DNA of 63,566 nt, the filler included, from Craspedostauros australis (Eukaryota), in assembly GCA_030167865.1 (NCBI GenBank). It is 7 parts of 7 records of this genome, joined end to end, with 100 filler letters (N's around TTAATTAATTAA, not from the genome) between each part and the next. Parts side by side here need not be neighbours in the genome. Positions count along the whole stretch, not along the records: positions 1 to 26,215 come from JALAGF010005970.1; positions 26,316 to 32,031 come from JALAGF010005971.1; positions 32,132 to 46,212 come from JALAGF010005972.1; 4 more parts are not named here. One strand, 5' to 3'. This document shows, piece after piece, positions 22,463 to 35,100 of this stretch. A program made the translations under genes and the position numbers. The notes beneath the pieces are model-generated. The model was not told the DNA's origin and did no database searches. It was given only the letters and a program-made list of their open reading frames with translations. Position 1 is the stretch's first letter, and each line of letters opens with the position of its first letter.

Positions 22463-25400
22463 TGCTGTCGAAAACCGAAGGGTCGGGAAGGCTGAGAAGC
22501 TCCAGATTATGCTCCAGATGTATTCCGCTGAGTCTCTCTTTCCCACTGAAGTTATTGGAACCTTGTAAATCTTCGTTTACTCACCGATTTGACACCGAAT
22601 TGGCCGCCAGAAATGAATGCTGGATGCTTTCGCACTGCGCGGCGTGGTTGGCGGATGCGACCTCCAAGTTTGTCAACGAAAGGGTGTTTGCACAGCGCAT
22701 ACACCGCTCCGGACCGAGACTCGCCGTGTGGCACTGTCCGGATACAGCGGCGCACAACGCCTCCATTCACTTTCTGGATGTTGACCCTGGCAGAGCGAAC
22801 TGCATTTGTTGTTCGCGTCTGGACGATGTTCGCGAAGGAGGATGCTTGGCAACAAACTGCTCTGTGGCACCATGTGATGCATGGGAAGAATATTCGGCAT
22901 CCATTGACACCATCAAATCCGAACATTCCCTGTTTTCGTGAGCATGTTGGGAGTGATGCTGGTTCTCCTTTCGCGACTCCCACCAGAGGGTCTGCGGACG
23001 AAGACAATGCCCTCAGCAAAGTCGCAGGAACGTTCACATCGGCGTGCCGCACATCTGGGAGGAATGGGACGATCTGTGGTATTATACAATTTTCACAGTA
23101 GTGGTCACTGCGTTTGCCAAACCAACTCCCCTGTGCCATCTCTACAATGCAGTGCTCGCGCTTGGCTGTGTCAAATGGATTTGCAACACCAGTCGAGTCT
23201 GTAGTATATATAGTGCAATGCCTACAATGCACGTGGAGCAGGCAACAGCGAAGTCTCCGTTGACATGGCGCGTGTGTTTGGTTCGTTGCGTATGCGCATC
23301 TTTGTGTTCGTGGAGCAGCCGTTTGAGCCATGGCGCATCACCGTGTGGCGAAGTCTAAATGAATGTAGGGTTCGCACGCAGAATATCCGTTCGCTCATTG
23401 CACGAGCTGCTCATTCTGGCGATCTGCTAACAACACAAGAAGACAGATGACTCTCAGGCGATATCAAAGACCACACAGGAACCGCCCCCAACAAAATCCA
23501 AGCAGAGTGAACGACACACCGTTCGGGTAGTCCACCAATGTCGCACCGCTAATGCAGTGCTGTCGACAGTTGTCTGTGCCCCATTTCTGATTCTTCGCCG
23601 GAAGGCTGCAAGTGCTGTTGTTTTTGGGCGATTCATCGTAAGAATTCGGAAGTCCCTATTGACAACTCTGTGGGATGCTGATCAGTGAAGGCAGATCTTT
23701 GAGCCGAGATTGGCAACTGGCAACCCACGACAATAAAAGTAATAAAGCTATTCTGTAAAAATATATAATAGGTCGTAGAGGATGAAAATGTACTGCTTGG
23801 ATAGGTAGATGGATGGATGGATTGTTGGAGGGGTTGGCAACTATTCTAATATTCTATTACTCCGTTGTGAAATGATTTCCACTTATCTATTTTATCATCG
23901 GTTCGACGCCGTGTCGTAGTGGCAAACTTTGGGAGCTGCGGTAGATATACTCCCCAGTCGCCTCCCACGCTGGACTGACGCTACCTTTTCGACCTTCGGT
24001 ACCCATCGTAGTATCGTCAACAGTTGATGTACTAAAGTGTGTAGATACCATGTTAACAATACCAGATTAATGGAGGACAGGAGCTCCACATTTAGACTGT
24101 TTGTTCAGCACCATGTCTCCACGTTTCTGTCATTGGATGACTTCGCAGGAGTTGGTTCATGTGCTTTCACTTGTTCGGGTCGTTGGAAGGTTAATTTTGG
24201 TGTGCCATCGCGCACTGTTTCGCGGGTCTGAGTCCTCCCAACTCCCTCGACTTGCGCTCCCTCTCGCAAGTCTTCCCCAACCCTCCCGACTCGAACACCA
24301 CCGCTGATGCCTGCCCCAGCGCACATCCGACCTGCGCGGAATGTGAAACGGTGTCGCGATAACACTAGTTGCAGAGTTTTGGCCCCTTGTTGCCACTGGT
24401 TTGCTAACACCAAACTCGACACAACAACACAACAATGGAGAAGCACAACGAAACTTCACAAGCGCCATCAAACGGCATCAACGGCACTGCAACAACCAAC
24501 GATCCAGTGCAAGATATGAGCGCATAGGCAGAACCACCATGGGAAGCTTGGTGAATGAGCGAGAGGAGGATGCCAGAGTGGTCGATTTGAGACCGTGGCG
24601 CGCCCACGTGCAAATGACACGATTCGGAGGAAAATCCGCTGGTTGGATATGATCTTTGCATGGAATGCACAGGGCATCACAACGGATATTGATGGGCAAG
24701 ATGCATCCAGGAGGAAACAATGGAGGTGCCCACGAAATATGAGGCTCGACGGTGGCCTGGAAGGTGCGGAGGGCAAGGATCAAGTGGAGGGCAACAGTCT
24801 TTTGGTGGGTGGTGGCGCACACATCATGTGGCTTTGGCAGTGATGGGTGCCATGCACAAGTCTCCCAAATCGCCAATCCACCCATTCAAGATGTGTCCAG
24901 AATCAACTCAAGATGGCCAGGGCGAAGTATCCTGCGCGGATATTGGCTGGAAAAGGCTGCATTCTGGGAGGCACACGAGGGTTTTTTGGGTGTCGCAAAA
25001 ACTCGACGACGGCGTCATCACATGGAGGTGTACCTTCCAAGGTATGAACGCCCCACCCACTATGAATGCATCAACATGTCGCCAAGGAATATGGGAATGC
25101 ATGAGGGGCGTGTGGAGGGGCTGCAAGGTCGTATCGACGAGATACGGATCCAAATATGAACAGCATCCGCGCGGCCCCCAAAATGTCGAAATTTCTGTGT
25201 TTCAGTGCAGGGAGGCTTTGGGGCAGACAGAGCTCCCAAATCGTTCTGTCCTTCATGGAGCGGATATGTGGGGAGTATATGGAGCCAATGTGGTGCGCAA
25301 ATGCCATGATGATGATGATGATGATAGTGGGTGCTGAACGAACGGCAGCAGGGCACAATCAAGAATTTTTGGCATCCACCACATGACAGTCAGCAAGCCA

Positions 25401-25772
25401 AAGCGATGCTAAAAATAAAGTTCATAGAAATGCAACTTCGATATTCAGAATAACCGATAGACAGGCGTCCGAATTCACTATTTTTTTTAATATTAAACCA
25501 CGTGTTGATGAGATATAGCATGATGAGCAGTCGTCTGGATGGTTTTGGTTGTGCTCTAGATTAGTCTATTTATCACGACTCACCACCCACAAAACTCCAC
25601 AACTAGTGCTATCGTGACACTGTTTTGCATTCTGTGCAGGTCAGATGCTTTGCACATCACTCTTCATTCCACACAACAGTACTTGTGAACACAGCAGCTT
25701 CAACAACAGCAACAACAACAACAACAAGCATCCCTACAGTGTTTGCTTTTACTGTGTCACTATTTCTTTCTT

Positions 25773-26214
25773 TTACACCTCTGCAATTTGTGATGCTTGT
25801 GATGCTACTTCTGCTGCTGCTTGTGCTGCCTCCACTGCTGCTGCTTGTGCTCGTTTTTCGTCCCTTTCCTTTTTCGCTCTCTTTGCTTGTGGTGACGCCT
25901 CCACACGGTGTGGCAGTGGTCCATCATTCATGAGCTTGTTTTTTCGCAGGTGAGGCAGGTTGTAGTCATTGCTCCCTTTGTGCACGATGATCTCGTCCAT
26001 CACTTTTTGCAACGTGAGGAACACTTTGCAGAGATTTTCAGGTGGATACTCGGCGAACATTTGCATCATCCGATTGTTGAGGTCGGTGAGGCCAGATGCG
26101 TTCGTCTTCAGTTGCCTGCTCTGCATCGAGTTGAACAGGCCAAGATCAAGCACGTTCAGATCAGGGCTTTTGGCTGGTTGCGTGTACAGCTCAATTTCAC
26201 GGTGGTCCCAATGA
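25773..26214 (-). mobile_element. C-terminal part of a DD39D (plant/stramenopile mariner-like) transposase, truncated by the contig end
   Basis: The frame reads LYTQPAKSPDLNVLDLGLFNSMQS...VFLTLQKVMDEII...GSNDYNLPH, which carries the QPxxSPDLNxLDLG signature of DD39D transposases. Confidence 0.85.
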
Positions 26215-26215
26215 C

Positions 26216-26315
26216 NNNNNNNNNNNNNNNNNNNNNNNNNNNNNNNNNNNNNNNNNNNNTTAATTAATTAANNNNNNNNNNNNNNNNNNNNNNNNNNNNN
26301 NNNNNNNNNNNNNNN
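26216..26315. other. Artificial contig spacer 44N-TTAATTAATTAA-44N (also at 32032-32131, 46213-46312, 51813-51912, 57755-57854, 60098-60197)
   Basis: The same 100-nt structure occurs six times, and the 12-mer places stop codons in all six frames. Confidence 0.97.
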
Positions 26316-26448
26316 TTCCATGGTTCCGATGAACAGGGCGATGAATGATTCATCATCACCAAGGCTAACACCACTGCCTCATCGCCTTCGTCTCGTTTAT
26401 TTCCATTCATCGACACGAACGCACTGTGTTGGATGAGGTTGCGCAGAG

Positions 26449-28815
26449 ATGTCTGATCTGGGCCGAGCTTCGCGCGGCGCCAACAAAAAGGTTGGTCATG
26501 AGACAGACCGATCGAATGGACCCGACGATGATCTCCCACGGGACGGATATGGACGAACNGAGCTCATGCGGGCTTGTCGTGATGGAGATGTTTGGAAGGT
26601 CGAGATTCTGATNGAAGCAAGTCCCTTGCGTATCAACNGCAGTCTCACCGACTTCAACGGCTTCACGCTGTTCCATCACGCATGCTGCAGCAAAAACTTA
26701 GACGTTGTGGAGTACTTGGTTGAATCCACGCAGGTCGATATTGACCCAAATGCACAAACCAGGGACATGTACACGCCATTGCACTTTGCATGCCTTTACA
26801 AATCTCTCGACGTGGTCGGGTACCTCTGTACAACGAAGGGACTTCGCATCGATCAGTTCCTTCGTGACCATAACGGTGACATGCCAATTCACATCGCGTG
26901 CGCAAACAGGGATGTTTGTGCGCTGAAGTGCCTGGTGCAGGCTGACCGGACGAAGACAGTTTGCAACACAACGGATAGGAATGGCCGGACGGCACTCCAC
27001 TATTCATGCGGATACTTCAACAAATCCATGGCGGAGTATCTCATCAATACCTGCCAATCTAGTCTTGATGTCAACATTCAAGACAAGGACGGCCGGACAC
27101 CAGCCCATCACATGTTTCAATTGATGGATGGCCAGTTGATGGAACTTCTGCTTCGAAAGGATCAAGCCTACGTCGATCTCACCGTCGCGGACAACAATGG
27201 CGAGACACCGTTCCATCTGGCTTGCAAGAGCGCACCGAGAGAGGTGATTGAGCTCATGATGACATCGACCAAAGCGAAGATCGACCTGGAAAGAACGAAC
27301 GAGTCCGGTCAAACGCCATTCCACTGTGTGTGCATGAATTATGATCGGGGTGTGGCTCTTTGTTTCGCCCAATTGGATCTCGCTTCCATTGATTTCAGCG
27401 CACAAGACAACCAAGGCAATACTCCGATCCACTACGTGTGCGAAAGAGGATTTACTGGCTTGATGAGAGGCTTGGTGGCACTCGCATTGGAGCAACTCAA
27501 CGACGCATTCAGCATTCAAAACAACGCCGGTGAGACGCCATTCCATTGTGCGTGTAGGAATAGAGGTGATGGAGAAGATTTCATCCAGTACCTCATGGAA
27601 TCGGACCAAATCAAAATTGATTTTGATATCCATGACACGAACGGCAATACACCATTCTATTCCGCCTGCAAATATGGCAGTGTGGGTGTCGTGAGCTACT
27701 TGATTGAATCGAGTGAGGTTGATGGCAGCGTCTATACAAGAGACAGCACCGGTAACACACCGCTCCATAGTGCATGCGCCAGATATGATGAAGACTTGGT
27801 GGAGTACCTTCTTGGGTTGGACGAAGACAACATCGGTATGACATTGCAAAATGATGACGGCAACACACCTCTTCATCTGGCATTATTGAAAGACAGCATT
27901 TCTTTCCTTTGGTGCATCAACGAGAACGAAGATACGCATTTCGACATGGAACTCCAGAACAACGATGGGGACACGCCGCTTCATCTGCTGGTGCGATCCG
28001 GCTTTCCCAATCATGCGGATTGGTTGGCTGATATTGCGTCTCGTGATATCGATGGCACCATCCGAAACAACAACGGCAATACTCCGCTCCATCTCGCGTA
28101 TATGAACGCCAGACCTTACATGCTCGACGCGCTGCTCGAGTTGAACAACCTGAAGGTGGATGTCAATGCACAGAATAATGATGGCAACACCGCCCTCCAT
28201 CTTGCATATCAAAATGAGTCATTGCATTTCCTCCAGGATAAGTACTTGGATGGATTTCACGAAGATTGCTTTGATATTACCATTCAAAACAACCATGGCG
28301 ACACCCCAGTCCATTACTCCAGGAAGGATCACAGAGTGCTTGCCGTCGACCAAGAGATGAAGCTCACGAAACTCTACGATCAAATCCAAAAGGACATAGT
28401 CCCGAATCGTAACTTGGATCAAGGCCGCACCGTCGAAAGGGGAGATGCGATAGATCGCTTAATCACATCAGCACAACCATTGGCGGATATACAGAACAAG
28501 AACGGCGACACACCAATGCACCACGCAGCCAGCAACGGGTTTCTCAAAATGGCAGTGTCTCTGATTAAGTCAGATGGAGGAGTGGATGTGAGCATTCAGA
28601 ATCGCCATGGCGATACACCGTTGCATGTGGCAAGTAGAAATGCTGGAAAGCGAGTGATTGAAGCATTACTCAACAGTGCGGGCGTGATAATTGATTTGGA
28701 TATCAAGAACAACGCCGGCGAAACTGCGATGGGCATCGCGAAGACGAAAGGGCAGAGCGACATCGTTGCGTTGTTGGCAGGACGAAGGCGGAGAAAGCGC
28801 ATAAAGTTCATATGA
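26449..28815 (+). CDS. Ankyrin repeat protein (about 19 repeats) with basic C-terminal NLS-like tail
   Basis: Recurrent GxTP(L/F)HxAC units are spaced about 35-37 aa apart. The protein ends GRRRRKRIKFI. Confidence 0.92.
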   Translation: MSDLGRASRGANKKVGHETDRSNGPDDDLPRDGYGRXELMRACRDGDVWKVEILXEASPLRINXSLTDFNGFTLFHHACCSKNLDVVEYLVESTQVDIDPNAQTRDMYTPLHFACLYKSLDVVGYLCTTKGLRIDQFLRDHNGDMPIHIACANRDVCALKCLVQADRTKTVCNTTDRNGRTALHYSCGYFNKSMAEYLINTCQSSLDVNIQDKDGRTPAHHMFQLMDGQLMELLLRKDQAYVDLTVADNNGETPFHLACKSAPREVIELMMTSTKAKIDLERTNESGQTPFHCVCMNYDRGVALCFAQLDLASIDFSAQDNQGNTPIHYVCERGFTGLMRGLVALALEQLNDAFSIQNNAGETPFHCACRNRGDGEDFIQYLMESDQIKIDFDIHDTNGNTPFYSACKYGSVGVVSYLIESSEVDGSVYTRDSTGNTPLHSACARYDEDLVEYLLGLDEDNIGMTLQNDDGNTPLHLALLKDSISFLWCINENEDTHFDMELQNNDGDTPLHLLVRSGFPNHADWLADIASRDIDGTIRNNNGNTPLHLAYMNARPYMLDALLELNNLKVDVNAQNNDGNTALHLAYQNESLHFLQDKYLDGFHEDCFDITIQNNHGDTPVHYSRKDHRVLAVDQEMKLTKLYDQIQKDIVPNRNLDQGRTVERGDAIDRLITSAQPLADIQNKNGDTPMHHAASNGFLKMAVSLIKSDGGVDVSIQNRHGDTPLHVASRNAGKRVIEALLNSAGVIIDLDIKNNAGETAMGIAKTKGQSDIVALLAGRRRRKRIKFI

Positions 28816-29980
28816 AGTATCGGTGTCAACAACTGCGGAGCAAGGCAGATCGAGTTACGCCGGTGTTGGAACACTCGAGTACTCTAGTCTACGGAATGTA
28901 TCCTTTTATGTTGCTTTTCATTATTGACTTCGCAGTCAAGTCCACCGCTCTATGCTGTTACTACTCCCACGCAGTTGGCGCAAGGTGGTTGTCGTCACCA
29001 CCAATCGGGAAAATGCAAAGGGTGTATGGAAAAGATATGTAGCGCGGCCCATGGTCTCCGGAGACGGAGCAGCATCAGGCATTCTAGTCCTTTATAGTTC
29101 AGACAGTGGGTTGGACCTATGCCGCGATTCAATTGGAGCCTCGACGGTGATGACATGAATGACCCTTCGCAACATGCTGATGTGTCCTTCACCTTGTGCA
29201 GTGCCTTGAACACAACCCATCGTACGTACATGATAGATGGCGCACGAGTTTCAATCATCTTCGATCGGTATTGAATCGTCGCCTTGATTGCAGAACTGAT
29301 TGTGGAGTCGGTGGAGGCGATATCTCTGCTTTTCGATGTCTCTGCCTCTGAGTTTCAAACCCATGGACGTTCAACATACGGACATGCTTGCAGCGCCTCG
29401 TAATGTCGTGCTGTGCCGTGCACATGTGAAGTGTTCTGCTCTTGAGCATGTCGAGCAATCGCTGTTGCCGAAGCTTCGCCGACAACCAGCGTATGTGGTA
29501 TGCGTTTCGCATGCGTCGTCTTCTTGGATACTGCGATGTCGGGTACTGATCGTATCCTGCGATGGTACCCAACCATCGATCCGCGTGGCGCAGGAGCTGG
29601 CATTGATAATGCAGCTGACCATGGTGGCACGAGCTGCATCCGCGGACCTTCACATCGTGATCATCGTGACTTCATCCGTGGTGACGCGGCCATCATGAGA
29701 TTGGTGAATGCGTTGCTGGCATGCTTGCAGAAGCAATGCTGTGTTCTGCGTTTCTCCATCTCTCTGTCTCGCATCACCTTCTCTTGATCATGGCCGTTGC
29801 TTGCTGTCCCATCACGTCCCGTCATGCTTGGTTACGTTCATACCTCATCTCTTCTCTTCACTGCACGGATGGATCTCTGTCAACGCGATTGTCATGTGGT
29901 CATCGTTGGCAACATCGCGCTTCATCGGCGCTCATCAAGAGCAGTGGCGCTTCATTCCACCTTCATCTGCCATCCTCGTC

Positions 29981-30030
29981 CCACACCACACCACACCACA
30001 CCACACCACACCACACCACACCACACCACA
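29981..30030 (+). repeat. (CCACA)10 microsatellite
   Basis: Read directly from the sequence. Confidence 0.9.
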
Positions 30031-30540
30031 CGACCATGTCCATTCCTCCTCATGCCGCCCCCACCGCTCCAGCCTTTGCCTTGTCTCGTGTCTGCCATTC
30101 TGGCGAACAAGAATGGAAGCCACAAAATTTGGTGATGTTGCGCGCCATTTTTGTTCTTGTTTGGTCGTGTCCAAATGAGTCCCTAGCTTCCACGATCGAA
30201 GTGCGTGATCCATTCAAATGAGTCGATAAAGGTATCCACAAAGATTCGTCGCCCCCATCAAACCGCCTCTCCAACTCCTCTCTCTCTTGTGCGTATTTCA
30301 TCCGAGCAACATCATTCAACCACTGGATGAAACATGTTCGAAGGCATCCATCAAGCTGAAGTATTATGCGCTACCAATGCAGCAAGCGAGGCAGCATCCA
30401 GCTTTGAATCAACAGATACAAAGATGGAGTTGAGTTGAGTTGAGTTGAGTGCTCCTTCGTGTTCGTAGAATTGGCCAAACCGGAATGGTGTCAAGCCAGG
30501 ATCTCTGCTGTCCCCATGAGTGCGGTGGACGCATCGACCA

Positions 30541-32031
30541 TCACCTATCGTACTCGCATGGTATTCTCTTGTATGGAGTTCTATTGTGGGGTATTCTATT
30601 ATATGATATGTTTGTGTATGGTGAAAATTGTGTCTGTATGTAGACGGGCGGTGTGATGCTGTGGTATTCATGGTTGCGTACCCGCTCGGCGATTGGCTGC
30701 AACTGCATCTGCGACTTCAAGTCTAAGCGCAGGAAAGCAAGNTACTGAACCATCATGGCTGGCAGCACCTTGTGCAGAACAGGACTGAACCATTGCTGGA
30801 CGATGTCCTTCGATCCGTACCATCTCGATTCCGAGGCTTCGGATGTGGGAGATGTGTGTTGATCGTGCTCATGTTGATGCTGATGCTGGTTCTGCAGCAT
30901 GGAGGTGTGGTACACGTTGTCCAAGGTGATCTGGAGATTGGAACCCTCCAGGTGTGCAAGCGGCACAGGGACGATGCCATCACCGTCCTGGTGTCCTTGA
31001 CCNNNNNNNNNNNNNNNNNNNNNNNNNNNNNNNNNNNNNNNNNNNNNNNNNNCGCAAGCATGTGATCAGCATCTGGCTGTGAGGTGATGGTGTGTGGGGA
31101 AGGGATGTGCGCTTGCTGCTGCTCGACGTTCAATGCGGATCCGGCAGCAGACACGTAGAAGAGACGGTCGTTGAAGAAGGCACCTGGGAAGGTGTCGTGA
31201 ATGATACGGAGTGCACCGCCGGTGATGTCGACGGAGCCCTTGGGGCATGGGATGTGGGGAGACCCGAGCGTGACGATTCCCAGAATGCTGTCGATGTCAA
31301 TCTGCAGATCCTTGCCGTTGGTNTCATCCATTCCGTATCCGACAGCGGCTCTGTTGATTGGAAGGAGGCGAATGGTGAATGAGGCGTGATGAACGTGATG
31401 ATGCATGGAGGGAGAACGCGAGTGTTGATAGTGTGAGTGAAATGAATGGAAAATAGCAGAGTGGAGGGCTGAAGCATGCACAGGAGCAGTCGCACAGGAG
31501 CAAAGCCTCGCCAAACTCACCTTGCGAGCCAGCCACCAGCGGAGTGCCCCACCAGGATGATCTTGGCGGTTGTGCCTTCCTCCTTGGCGACATTCTGGAT
31601 TCTCTTGACCTCCTTGGCCACCTTCTGAAGGTACCATCGGTACGCCCACTTGGTTGCTGGTGCCTTGAAGGTCATGAAGTCGAGATCACACATGCCGAAT
31701 GCGATGGTCTGTGCCCAATCATGTCGCTGGAGTGGCAGGACGTGGATGTGATCCATTGCGTTGGTCATGTCGTCATTGTTGCTGTTGTTATTGCTGTTGT
31801 TATTGCTGTTGTCGTTGCCCCACCATCCAGCGTCGATGGCTTGCTGTGCGATGTTGGGAACAAGGTCATCGACGTAGTCGCTGGCTGCGGTTGCGAAGCC
31901 TGGNAGAACGAGGACGTGCGTTTGCTGTGGATTGATGTGAGTTGCCGTGGCGGCTGGTGGCGGTCCTTGTCGTGTGTGTGTGGTTGATGTTTTTGACGCC
32001 GATGGTGTGTTGTGTGTCACCCACGCTTGGC
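30541..32031 (-). CDS. PGAP1-like alpha/beta-hydrolase (lipase/esterase); intron 31351-31520; both ends uncertain
   Basis: VLVxPGF, ILVGHSAGGWLAR (nucleophile elbow) spliced to AAVG...IVTLGSPH, then DITGGAL. After the gap it reads GDGIVPVPLAHLEG...VYH...WYGS. Confidence 0.8.
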
Positions 32032-32131
32032 NNNNNNNNNNNNNNNNNNNNNNNNNNNNNNNNNNNNNNNNNNNNTTAATTAATTAANNNNNNNNNNNNN
32101 NNNNNNNNNNNNNNNNNNNNNNNNNNNNNNN

Positions 32132-35100
32132 AGGATGACAAGCGCTTCCTTTCGTTCCGGCGCCAATTCGAAGCGATCGCGTATACTCATGGACTTGAGT
32201 ATCACATCGATCCTTTGTGGGAGCCGGGTCCATCGGACATGTTGTTCTACAACATGCAGAACAGGTACTTGTACTCTGTTCTGAGCCTCCATGTCAAGAC
32301 NNCGCGTGGCNACCAACTCCTTCGCAAGCATCAAGCGAGCAAGGACGGTCGAGCTGTCTATCAGAGTCTCATTGAGATTTACACCAATGGTGTCAACGGT
32401 GAGAGTGCGGCAATGGCACTTCGTGCTCGCATCGCCTCCTTCACCTTGGATAACAGCTGGAAGAAGAACCGTGAGAACTTCGTGGACACCTGGCAGGGAA
32501 CCATCTCCGATATCGAAGATATGGAAGATGATGCTCTGCCGGACAACACGAAGAAGACATGGCTGCACAACTCGATTTCTCCTGACAAGGATCTACTCAA
32601 TGCTCTCACGAGCACTTCCTACGTCCGCGACGAGATGCTCGCAGCCATGCCCTCCGGTTTCGAGATCAAGGTGGCTGGATTCGATCACCATCTCAACTCG
32701 GTTCGGATCCATGCGCAACGCCTCGATTCTTCCCACCCTCGTCAGACTCAAAAGCGAAACGTCAACAACGCCGCGACAGGGAAAGGAAAGGGTGGTTCTT
32801 CGGGCAAGTCTCCTGCCAAAGGCAACGGCAAGACTTACACCAACGACAAGCGCGGTCGCATTCCGAATGAGGAATGGGCCACCATGTCTTGGGCCCAGAA
32901 GAAGGACTACGTGCACAACAACCCCTCCTGTAGTGCTGGCAAGGGCGACACCTCGCGTGCCGCTAATAAAGCCAAGTCCTCGGGTAACTCTTCGTCCACT
33001 CCAACGACCAACGCTCCCGCTCCCTCCAACGCTGGCGGCAATGCGGATTCAAAGGGCGGTCCTCCGGGATCTGCCATCAACCGCATGCTCGCGCAGGCTC
33101 GTCAGTCTGGTCAATCGACCGCTGATTTCGTCGATTCGGATGGCGGGGCGTGGCGACGGGTGAATTCTACCGTGGTCCGATACAACTTCGAGACCTCGGT
33201 GGAGACGAAGACGGGTGCGCTCATCGACAGTGGCGCCAATGGCGGCCTCGCTGACGACGACGTGCTAGTTCTGTGCAAGACAGGCACCACGGCGGACGTG
33301 AGCGGCATTGGTGATTCCACCATTGCGAGTTTGGACATTGGCACGGTTGCGGCCCTGCTTCATACGAGCAGCGGCCCGATCATCGCCAAGTTCCACCAGT
33401 ACGCTCTATACGGGAAGGGCAAGTCCATCCATTCTACCAACCAACTCTCTGCGTTTGGTATGGATGTGAATGAACGCCCACGTGGACTCCCTGGCGGTCG
33501 ACAAACTGTCGTCACACCTGAGGGGCACGTCATCTCGCTGTCCATTCGTGCTGGCCTGTCCTACATGGATATGCGCCCGCCAACCCCTGCCGAGATGGAT
33601 CGGTACCCTCATGTGGACTTCACGTCCGATGATGTCTGGGACCCTTCCATTCTCGATCAGGAGTTTGGTCTTGATGATGTCCGCGCTCTCGCGGACGATG
33701 ATGATGATNNNNNNNNNNNNNNNNNNNNNNNNNNNNNNNNNNNNNNNNNNNNNTCGACGGATGAGGCGCGCGGCACTGTACCGCATTCCGGGTCCGCTGG
33801 CAACTCCGGTTCCGTTCGTGTTCGCAGCTCGCCCATCGACTATGAGGCGCTGCGTCCGCACTTCGGCTGGATCCCTGCTCGTCGGATCAAGGACGCTCTC
33901 GGTTGCACTTCCCAGTGGTACCGCACTTCGGAACGTTTCGCGATGCGCAAGCATTTCCGCACTCGTTTTCCAGCGGCCAACGTCGATCGTCTACATGAGA
34001 CGGTCGCGATGGACACTTTCTTCTCTGATACGCCCGCTCATGATGACAGTGTCCCTGGCCATGGTGGCTGCACCATGATCCAGGTGTTCGTTGCGCTCGA
34101 CTCTTGGTACACATCGGGATTCCCGATGGCGTCCGAGCGGCAGGTCGCGGACTCCTTGCTCGACTTCATTCGTCGGCATGGAGCGCCTGACCTACTAATG
34201 TCGGACAACGCGAAATCAGAGGTGGGATTCCAAGTGCAAGACATCCTGCGTCAATACGCAATCAAGGATCACCAGAGTGAACCGGAGCACCAACACCAGA
34301 ACGGAGCCGAGCGCCGCATACAGGACATCAAGCGTACTGTCAACGGTGTCATGGATCGCACGGGTACCCCGTCGCGATTCTGGCTCATCTACACGATGTA
34401 CGTCATTGACTTGTTCAATCACATCGCGCAGCGCACGTGTGGTAATGTGACACCGTCACAGGCTGCCTTCGGGCAGCGTCCAGATGTCAGCAAGTACCTT
34501 GCGTACTACTGGTGGCAGCCGGTCTACTACCGTGTGGAACGTCCTGGCTTCCCGAGTGAGTCCAAGGAGCGCCGCGGCCACTGGGCTGGTCCGTGNNNNN
34601 NNNNNNNNNNNNNNNNNNNNTTCTGGGTGCTCGACGATGCGACACAACAACTCCTGCCTCGGTCTGCTATCCGCGCCGCCGATGATGCCTCTACTCGCAA
34701 CTTGAGAGCCAACTATCCTTTTCCACTCGTGGGGGAGGATGCCGATTCTGCGACTACTGTATCAGACAGCGATGACGGTGACTACACAGACAACANNNNN
34801 NNNNNNNNNNNNNNNNNNNNNNNNNNNNNNNNNNNNNNNNNNNNNNNNNNNNNNNNNNNNNNNNNNNNNNNNNNNNNNNNNNNNNNNNNNNNNNNNNNNN
34901 NNNNNNNNNNNNNNNNNNNNNNNNNNNNNNNNNNNNNNNNNNNNNNNNNNNNNNNNNNNNNNNNNNNNNNNNNNNNNNNNNNNNNNNNNNNNNNNNNNNN
35001 NNNNNNNNNNNNAGCGTATCAAGATGCTCCTATCACTCAACGATGGGGAGCTTCACGAACTGATTTCGTATGTCGAACTTTCCGACGTCTTCGAGCAACA

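Noticed and set aside
22462..23360. Cluster of 100-260 aa ORFs downstream of the NadD-like gene
   Set aside because: No motif or consistent coding signal. At most a degraded pseudogene.
26260..26271. Recurring palindrome TTAATTAATTAA (six copies)
   Set aside because: It is always centred in 44N+44N and is an artificial six-frame-stop linker. Gene neighbourhoods across these joins are not evidence of linkage.
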